A stretch of 54,679 nucleotides of DNA, taken from the NCBI GenBank assembly GCA_964421125.1, contig CAYQVD010000001.1, forward strand, positions 1 through 54,679, read 5' to 3'. How positions within the stretch are numbered: the stretch's first letter is position 1; each line of letters begins with the position of its first letter. Shown piece by piece: positions 48,465 to 54,679 of this stretch. The translations under genes were made by a program, and so were the position numbers. Under the pieces are notes generated by a model that saw only the letters and a list, made by a program, of their open reading frames with translations, searched no databases and had not been told where the DNA came from. The stretch comes from an uncultured Bdellovibrionales bacterium (GTDB lineage Bacteria; Patescibacteriota; Minisyncoccia; Moranbacterales; DUUL01).

Positions 48465-49730
48465 ATGAAATACGACATTGCTGTTATTGGAGGTGGACCG
48501 GCCGGACTCATGGCCGCAGGAAGAGCTGGCGAACTTGAAGCCAGTGTTATTTTGGTTGATAAAAATCCTAAACTAGGAGTTAAACTCTCAATAACAGGAA
48601 AAGGACGCTGTAATATAACAAACAAAGGAGATTCTAAAGAAGAAATGATAAAAAAATATGGGAAAAATGGGAAATTTCTTTTTTCTGCACTAACTAAATT
48701 TGGTCCTGACGAAGTAATCGACTTCTTCGAAAATAATAAAGTAAAGACAAAAATTGAAAGGGGAGGAAGAGTTTTCCCGGAAAGTGATCGATCAATTAAT
48801 GTAATTAATGCTCTCAATAACTACCTCAAAAGATCTAACGTTGAAATTAAATCAAACGTAAAAGTCAAAAAAATTGAAAAGAAAGACGGGAAAATAGAAA
48901 AAATTATTCTAACTAATGGAAAAGAAATCTTTGCTGAAAAATTCATAATTTGCACTGGTGGAAAATCATATCCGGAAACAGGTTCTGCTGGTGATGGATA
49001 TAAATGGGCAAAAAATCTTGGTCATACTATCAAGACCCCTTCCCCAGCTCTTGTATCAATTTTTTTGAAAGGAGAAAAATCAACTAAACTGGAAGGGTTA
49101 AGCCTTAAAAACATCGAGGCCAGTCTTTACAAAGATAATAAGAAAATTGATTCTCGTTTTGGAGAAGCAGTTTTTACTAAGTACGGAATAAGTGGTCCAA
49201 TAATTTTAAATATGAGCAAAAAAATTGGAGAAGAATTAGCAACTCCAGGAAAATTAAAAATAAAAATTGATTTCAAACCAGCCCTAGATTTTCCAAAGCT
49301 TGATCAAAGAATCCAACGAGATTTCCAAGAAATGAACAATAAAATATTTAATAATAGTCTTGATAAACTATTACCACAAAAACTTATTCCAACAATAATT
49401 GAGTTATCCGGCATTGATCCAGAAAAAAAAGTTAACTTAGTAACAAAAGAAGAACGAAAAAAACTTTTACATTTAATTAAAGAATTTTCCCTCAAAATTG
49501 ATAAAGTAGGCGATTTCAAAAAAGCTATTATAACAACTGGTGGTGTTTCATTGAAAGAAGTTGATTCAAAAACAATGCAATCAACAATAATTGATAATTT
49601 ATATTTTGCCGGAGAAATCCTTGATCTTGATGGTCCTACTGGAGGATACAATCTTCAAATATGCTGGAGCACAGGTTATGCAGCAGGAGAAGGAGCTTGT
49701 AGTAAATTAAAAACAAAACAAAAACGATAG
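48465..49730 (+). CDS. HI0933/YhiN-family flavoprotein
   Basis: GGGPAG, TGKGRCNITN, TGGKSYP.TGS.GDG, TTGGV, GPTGGYNLQ. Confidence 0.93.
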   Translation: MKYDIAVIGGGPAGLMAAGRAGELEASVILVDKNPKLGVKLSITGKGRCNITNKGDSKEEMIKKYGKNGKFLFSALTKFGPDEVIDFFENNKVKTKIERGGRVFPESDRSINVINALNNYLKRSNVEIKSNVKVKKIEKKDGKIEKIILTNGKEIFAEKFIICTGGKSYPETGSAGDGYKWAKNLGHTIKTPSPALVSIFLKGEKSTKLEGLSLKNIEASLYKDNKKIDSRFGEAVFTKYGISGPIILNMSKKIGEELATPGKLKIKIDFKPALDFPKLDQRIQRDFQEMNNKIFNNSLDKLLPQKLIPTIIELSGIDPEKKVNLVTKEERKKLLHLIKEFSLKIDKVGDFKKAIITTGGVSLKEVDSKTMQSTIIDNLYFAGEILDLDGPTGGYNLQICWSTGYAAGEGACSKLKTKQKR

Positions 49731-49866
49731 CAAAAAACATTGACAAAACAATTCACTATGCTATAATAGAAACTCATATAAAGAAACCTGTAACAGTAGC
49801 GTAGTCGAACTTTTTTTTACAGCAATTTCTTATTATGTAATTTAAATTATATCTATCTATATTATT

Positions 49867-50067
49867 ATGGAACAAGGTACAATTGCTAGCTTGAAGGATC
49901 GAGGATTTGGATTCATTTCCAGAGAAGGACAAGATAAAGATCTTTTCTTTCACTCAAATGCTCTTCAAGGAGTATCTTTCGATGAATTAAACGACGGAGA
50001 CGCAGTTCAATTCGAAATCGAAGAAGGTCCAAAAGGACCAAGTGCAGTAAACGTTTCACGAGTTTAA
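49867..50067 (+). CDS. csp: Cold-shock protein
   Basis: RGFGFI (RNP1), LFFH (RNP2), GPKGPSAVNV. Confidence 0.95.
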   Translation: MEQGTIASLKDRGFGFISREGQDKDLFFHSNALQGVSFDELNDGDAVQFEIEEGPKGPSAVNVSRV

Positions 50068-50084
50068 TCTCATCCGTTTATAAT

Positions 50085-50111
50085 AAAAACCCCGCATCTT
50101 GCGGGGTTTTT
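50085..50111. terminator. Bidirectional terminator
   Basis: aaaaaccccgca-tct-tgcggggttttt. Confidence 0.8.
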
Positions 50112-50138
50112 GCTTTGATAAAAGCTAATTCTAAAAAA

Positions 50139-50249
50139 TTACTTAATCGGATTAATCGAAACGATTACAATTCCTATTAAAATGGCAATTGCCACTACGA
50201 CCAACAACACTTCAAAGAGAGTAAATCCTGCTTTCTTTTTATTTTTCAT
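50139..50249 (-). pseudogene. Truncated type IV prepilin (36 aa, N-terminal helix only)
   Basis: MKNKKKAG|FTLFEVLLVVVAIAILIGIVIVSINPIK*. Confidence 0.7.
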
Positions 50250-50324
50250 TTATATTATTTCTAAATTTATATAGTCATTTTAATCTATCACAAAATATAA
50301 AAAAAAGAAAATTGAACAAAATGC

Positions 50325-51551
50325 TTATTCATATCTCAATGCTTCAATCGGATTCAATTTCGCAGCTTGTCGGGCTGGATAGTAACCAAAAACAATTCCA
50401 ATTAAGGCTGAAACCCCAAACGCTAAAATAACCGAATACCATGTTACTTCGGTCTGCAAAAATCCCATTGCCGTCACGCCGTAAGAAATCCCCCAGCCTA
50501 AGATGACTCCTAGAATTCCTCCAATAAAAGTCAATACGATTGATTCAACAAGAAACTGCTTGCTAATATCAGCTTTTTTAGCACCAATTGCTTTTCGAAG
50601 ACCAATTTCTCGAGTTCTTTCAGTAACTGTTGTCAACATCATATTCATAATTCCAATTCCACCCACTACAAGAGAAATTCCAGCCACTGCCCCAAGAAGC
50701 ATCGTTAATACACCAGTAACAGAAGAAGCGGTTTCAATCATATCAGCTTGATTCATCACGCTAAAATCTGCATTATCAATAATCGCTATCCCATGTTCAC
50801 TTAAAAGAATTTCTTCAACTTGAATTTGTGCAGTGTCCATTGAGTCTTGATCAATAACTTGAATATTTATAGTTGAAATATATTCATTTCCAGAAAGATA
50901 CTGTTGAGAAGTAGCAAGTGGAATAAAAATCATCTCATCACTACTCCCAAATCCACTACCTCCTTTTTCAACTGTCGTGCCAATTATTGAAAAATCAATC
51001 CCACTTATTTTTACTTTTTTACCAATCACTTCATCAGCATTAAAACCCTCAAATAAATCCTCAACAACACTTGGACCTAAAACTGCCACTTTTGACATTT
51101 TTAAATCATGTTGACCTGTAATAAAAGAACCATTCTCAATTTCCATATTTTTTACTTCCAAGTAAGAAGCATTTGTCCCAACCACAGAAGAATTAGCATT
51201 ATTCCCGTTAACCACTATTTGATAATTACCAGATTCTTCAGGAGCAATATTCTCTATTAAACTTAGTTCTGAAATTGCTTCAACGTCAGAAAGTTCCAAA
51301 GAATTAGCACTCCCTCTACTTCCTTGAACCTGAGAACTAGGTCCCTGACTTTTCCCAGGTCTCACAGTCAATAAATTAGAACCGACTGATTCAATACTCT
51401 CCTCAATTGAATTTTGTGCTCCAACTCCAATTGCCAACATTGCAATTACTGAAGCAATTCCAATCACAATCCCAAGCATCGTCAAGCCTGTTCGAACTTT
51501 ATTTGAAGTTAATCCTCTAATTATTTCTTGGTATAAATCTGAAGTTATCAT
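50325..51551 (-). CDS. MacB/FtsX-family ABC permease (copy B)
   Basis: Close paralog of 30093-31319. Confidence 0.95.
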   Translation of the reverse strand: MITSDLYQEIIRGLTSNKVRTGLTMLGIVIGIASVIAMLAIGVGAQNSIEESIESVGSNLLTVRPGKSQGPSSQVQGSRGSANSLELSDVEAISELSLIENIAPEESGNYQIVVNGNNANSSVVGTNASYLEVKNMEIENGSFITGQHDLKMSKVAVLGPSVVEDLFEGFNADEVIGKKVKISGIDFSIIGTTVEKGGSGFGSSDEMIFIPLATSQQYLSGNEYISTINIQVIDQDSMDTAQIQVEEILLSEHGIAIIDNADFSVMNQADMIETASSVTGVLTMLLGAVAGISLVVGGIGIMNMMLTTVTERTREIGLRKAIGAKKADISKQFLVESIVLTFIGGILGVILGWGISYGVTAMGFLQTEVTWYSVILAFGVSALIGIVFGYYPARQAAKLNPIEALRYE

Positions 51552-51563
51552 CTATTTATTCCT

Positions 51564-52253
51564 TTATTTCATTATTTTTCTATCCTCTACCAATAGTCCA
51601 TCTCGAATATAAATCACTCTGTCTGCATGTAACGCAATTTCTTCTTCGTGAGTAATCAACAAAACTGTATGTCCTTTTTCTTTATTCAATTTATCAAAAG
51701 TATCAAGAACAAGTTCACCTGTCTTGGTATCCAAATTTCCGGTTGGTTCATCTGCTAAGATCAAGGATGGATCATTCACAAGGGCCCTGGCAATTGCGAC
51801 CCGTTGAATCTGTCCACCTGAAAGTTCATTTGAAAGATGATTCCAACGTTCTTTGATTATTCCAACTGAATTCAAAGCCTTTTCCACTTTTGACATTCTT
51901 TCTTCAATCGGTGTTTCATTATAGATAAGAGGTAACATTACATTCCTAATCACCGATGTTCGAGGCAGAAGATTAAAAGATTGAAAAACAAATCCAATTT
52001 TTTTCATTCTAATTTCAGCCAACTCATCATCAGAAAGTTTCGAGACATCTTTTCCTCCTAGCTTATAAGTCCCCCTTGTTGGAGAATCAAGTGCTCCTAA
52101 AATATGCATCATAGTTGATTTTCCAGAGCCACTCGGCCCCATAATTGCCACATACTCTCCTTTCTTAATTCGGAAGGAAACATCCTTTAATGCAATCGTC
52201 TCATTAGAAGATCCTTTTTTATATATTTTTGTAATATTATCACACTCAATCAT
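51564..52253 (-). CDS. MacB/LolD-family ABC ATPase (copy B)
   Basis: Walker A/B and LSGGQ. Confidence 0.95.
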   Translation of the reverse strand: MIECDNITKIYKKGSSNETIALKDVSFRIKKGEYVAIMGPSGSGKSTMMHILGALDSPTRGTYKLGGKDVSKLSDDELAEIRMKKIGFVFQSFNLLPRTSVIRNVMLPLIYNETPIEERMSKVEKALNSVGIIKERWNHLSNELSGGQIQRVAIARALVNDPSLILADEPTGNLDTKTGELVLDTFDKLNKEKGHTVLLITHEEEIALHADRVIYIRDGLLVEDRKIMK

Positions 52254-52269
52254 TCCTTTTTATAAAAAG

Positions 52270-53442
52270 TTAACGCTTTCCACCTCCGCCTCCCATTTTC
52301 ACTGAATCAAGTAGACCACCAGCAGCTTCCTTTTCATCAGACCCGCTGCTTGAGCTAGTACTCATTTTTATTATTATAATATCACCTTCGTTAATATCAC
52401 CACTTAAAATTTCAGTTACCACATCATCTGTTAATCCTGTTTCAATTACTTGTTTTTTTATCTTAAACTTCTGGGCTGAATCATCACTAGTTGTTGTTGA
52501 TGATATATTGGCCTGTAACACTTGAACATAAGTTGAACCATCATCATCGGTCTTTATAGCTGAATTAGAAACTTGAAGAACATTTTCTCTTGAATCAACT
52601 GAAATTTCTGCATTCACACTCATTCCTGGTTTAAGTAATCCACTAGTAGATTCAAAAGAAATTTCTGCATTATATGAAACAACATTTTGAGATACTTTAC
52701 CAATTGTATCAATTTTACTAATTTCCCCTTCCATAACAACACCAGAAAGAGCATCAAAAGTAAGCGCAACTTTATTCCCCTTCTTCACCATCACTGCATC
52801 AACTTCATTAAGGGAGATTTCTGCATGCATTGCTTCAGTAATTACTGAAGCAACCACATCACTTTGCGAAACCGAATCTCCCACTTCAACGCTTAATCCA
52901 GTAACAATCCCATCAAATGGAGCCCGAATATAATAATCCTCTAAATTAGTTTGAGCATCACTTAAAGATGCTTGTTTTTGTTGCACTGAAATCTCCTGAG
53001 ACTGTCTTCTCCATTTTTCCTCAACTGTTTCATTATCAAATTCATTCTCAACTTCTTTCTGACTTATCAAAGATGATTCGAGACTAAGACGAGCATTTCG
53101 AATAGACTTCATTGGATCGGTTGTATCAAGCACTGCAATCAAATCATTTTTCTTAACTTCTTGATCATTTTGAACTGTGATCTCAATAACATCAATTCCA
53201 TCTCCTGCTTTCACTCCTTTTAAATCCACCTGACTTTCAGCATAAACCTGCCCTGTCCCCGTAACGATAATATCAATATTATCCCGCTTAATTGTAGTCG
53301 TTTTCACATCATTACCACTATCAGATTCAAATCCATTGTTATATCCAAAATATACCGCACCCCCAATTACTAAAATAGCAATTCCAAATAAGAATTTATG
53401 CTTCCAAATTTTTCCCCCAATATCAAACAACTTTTTCTTCAT
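52270..53442 (-). CDS. MacA/HlyD-family adaptor (copy B)
   Basis: Close paralog of 32038-33198. Confidence 0.92.
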   Translation of the reverse strand: MKKKLFDIGGKIWKHKFLFGIAILVIGGAVYFGYNNGFESDSGNDVKTTTIKRDNIDIIVTGTGQVYAESQVDLKGVKAGDGIDVIEITVQNDQEVKKNDLIAVLDTTDPMKSIRNARLSLESSLISQKEVENEFDNETVEEKWRRQSQEISVQQKQASLSDAQTNLEDYYIRAPFDGIVTGLSVEVGDSVSQSDVVASVITEAMHAEISLNEVDAVMVKKGNKVALTFDALSGVVMEGEISKIDTIGKVSQNVVSYNAEISFESTSGLLKPGMSVNAEISVDSRENVLQVSNSAIKTDDDGSTYVQVLQANISSTTTSDDSAQKFKIKKQVIETGLTDDVVTEILSGDINEGDIIIIKMSTSSSSGSDEKEAAGGLLDSVKMGGGGGKR

Positions 53443-53464
53443 GATTATGTATTAATAAATTACC

Positions 53465-54004
53465 TTACCTGACCATTATCCGTTCTGCTGTTTCCTCGCC
53501 GTCCAACATCCAAATAGAAATCATGTCACCCTCTTCAATATCATTTTTTGATATTTCTTCTGACTTGCTTCCCTCATTTTCCCCTCTCCTTCCCGTCCCT
53601 CTTTCTACTCCTTTAATATAAGAAGTTCCTTCTGCAAGAACAATTGTCACTTCTCCAGAAATCGTTGGAGTTGGTCTCTCAGAAAATATTTGTTCACCAG
53701 GGACTTTTCCTTCACCACGATTGCCTCCCATATTAGAAATATCAAATTGCTCAACAACAATTGAGTCGCCATTGATTGATTTGATTTTTCCAATAACATC
53801 TGGCTGATCTCCTCCTCTGCTAAATTCCCCTTTTTCTCTAGTATTACCCATTCTAATTTCTTGTCCATTTTCAAGTTGAATAACACTTGAATCTTTGTTA
53901 ACTTTTTTCTTTGATGCCACTTTGCTCAAAGCATAACCTCCACTAGCTAAAACTGCAATACCTACAATAATAACTGAACCTTTAATAATCAAATCTTTCT
54001 TCAT
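53465..54004 (-). CDS. Membrane-anchored accessory protein of the ABC operon (intact copy B)
   Basis: N-terminal TM, 'GKIKSINGDSIVV' beta-rich domain. Confidence 0.8.
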   Translation of the reverse strand: MKKDLIIKGSVIIVGIAVLASGGYALSKVASKKKVNKDSSVIQLENGQEIRMGNTREKGEFSRGGDQPDVIGKIKSINGDSIVVEQFDISNMGGNRGEGKVPGEQIFSERPTPTISGEVTIVLAEGTSYIKGVERGTGRRGENEGSKSEEISKNDIEEGDMISIWMLDGEETAERIMVR

Positions 54005-54156
54005 TTTTTTGCTTGCCCTGTTAAATAAAAAATTTTCAATTTTTAATTTACAAAGTAAATTATTTAATAGGGTTAATTAATTTATTATAGAAAAGAAGAC
54101 TCTTAATCTTCACTGTTCTAAATATACGAATATCAAAGCAAATGTTTGCAAATTCA

Positions 54157-54179
54157 AGACGCTCCCGTTGGGAGCGTCT
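54157..54179 (-). terminator. Hairpin, probable terminator of the last gene
   Basis: agacgctccc-gtt-gggagcgtct. Confidence 0.55.
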
Positions 54180-54223
54180 CTACAATTAAATACTATTCAG
54201 TTTTACTCTTTTGGTTAAATCAA

Positions 54224-54679
54224 TTATTTACCAAATCCTCCACCTTTGTGACCTCCTCTCATTCCATTTCCACCTTCTCCTAATCCACCAAGAGCATCAT
54301 GATCAATTCCATTGTCTTCCATCCATTGATCCATTTCTTCACGATGACCCTCTCTTGCTTCCATTTTTTCTTCATGAGTCATCCCTCGAAAAGTTTCACG
54401 ATTTTCTCCTTTTTCAGTCCTATTCTCTTCCATTTTACTTAGAAGTAACTCTTTTTGCTCTTCAGAAAGCTTCCCCTCGCTTACTGCCTGAGCTAATCGT
54501 TCTTCTTGTCGCTCTTGATTTTGAATTTGACGTTCAGCTCGATTTTCATCAAACACACTTTCGACTTCGTCGGTGTTTAAATTAAACCTTTCAGCAATCC
54601 TTTGAACAATTGTTTCTCGATTATCATCTGAATCTGAAGCAAACGTTGCTCCGACTCCGTAGAATCCAGTACAAGCTAT
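54224..54679 (-). CDS. Hypothetical secreted helical protein, 5'-truncated by the window edge
   Basis: Frame open to the window end (IACTGFYGVGATFASD...); 'LAQAVSEGKLSEEQ', Gly-rich tail. Confidence 0.75.
   Translation of the reverse strand: MACTGFYGVGATFASDSDDNRETIVQRIAERFNLNTDEVESVFDENRAERQIQNQERQEERLAQAVSEGKLSEEQKELLLSKMEENRTEKGENRETFRGMTHEEKMEAREGHREEMDQWMEDNGIDHDALGGLGEGGNGMRGGHKGGGFGK

Noticed and set aside
801-54585. Numerous short ORFs nested in or antisense to conserved genes (e.g. 801-998, 12673-12960, 23236-23583, 54211-54585)
   Set aside because: Shadow frames of well-supported genes, low complexity, no motifs

Overview
Low-GC chromosomal window in standard genetic code 11, most likely from a Patescibacteria (CPR/Parcubacteria-like) bacterium. 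This placement is inferred from gene content: alpha2-type GlyRS, S6 with an acidic tail, short ObgE, GFTLxE pilin and SD-less core genes. 1-29 kb and 41.8-54.7 kb are mostly housekeeping genes (hup, rny, gpmI, fba, tpiA, galT, map, rpsF-ssb-rpsR-efp, tRNA-Pro, recG, gyrA, glyQS with a T-box leader, murB, rbfA, nrnA, ABC-F, DEAD helicase, cls, obgE, csp, a MacAB-like ABC operon). The main finding is a ~12.7 kb array directly downstream of tRNA-Asn(GTT) (29053-41730). Ten segments of 1-4 cargo genes are each closed by a direct repeat that resembles the tRNA 3' end (GTTCGAA...GGAGC) followed by a terminator hairpin. On the minus strand the left arms of these repeats keep a short open frame ('LxxxDxxRTF/A...stop') whose differences are mostly synonymous, as expected for recombinase C-terminal tails left at att sites. 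Arms are shuffled between copies, promoter modules are reused in front of unrelated genes, one block is duplicated, and there is no recombinase in the window. I interpret this, as inference only, as a tRNA-anchored, integron-like cassette array. Other observations: a compact T-box, a candidate ncRNA and an IS relic upstream of rpsF, a 151-bp palindrome, several small palindromic repeat families, two nonsense pseudogenes and an unannotated truncated pilin.
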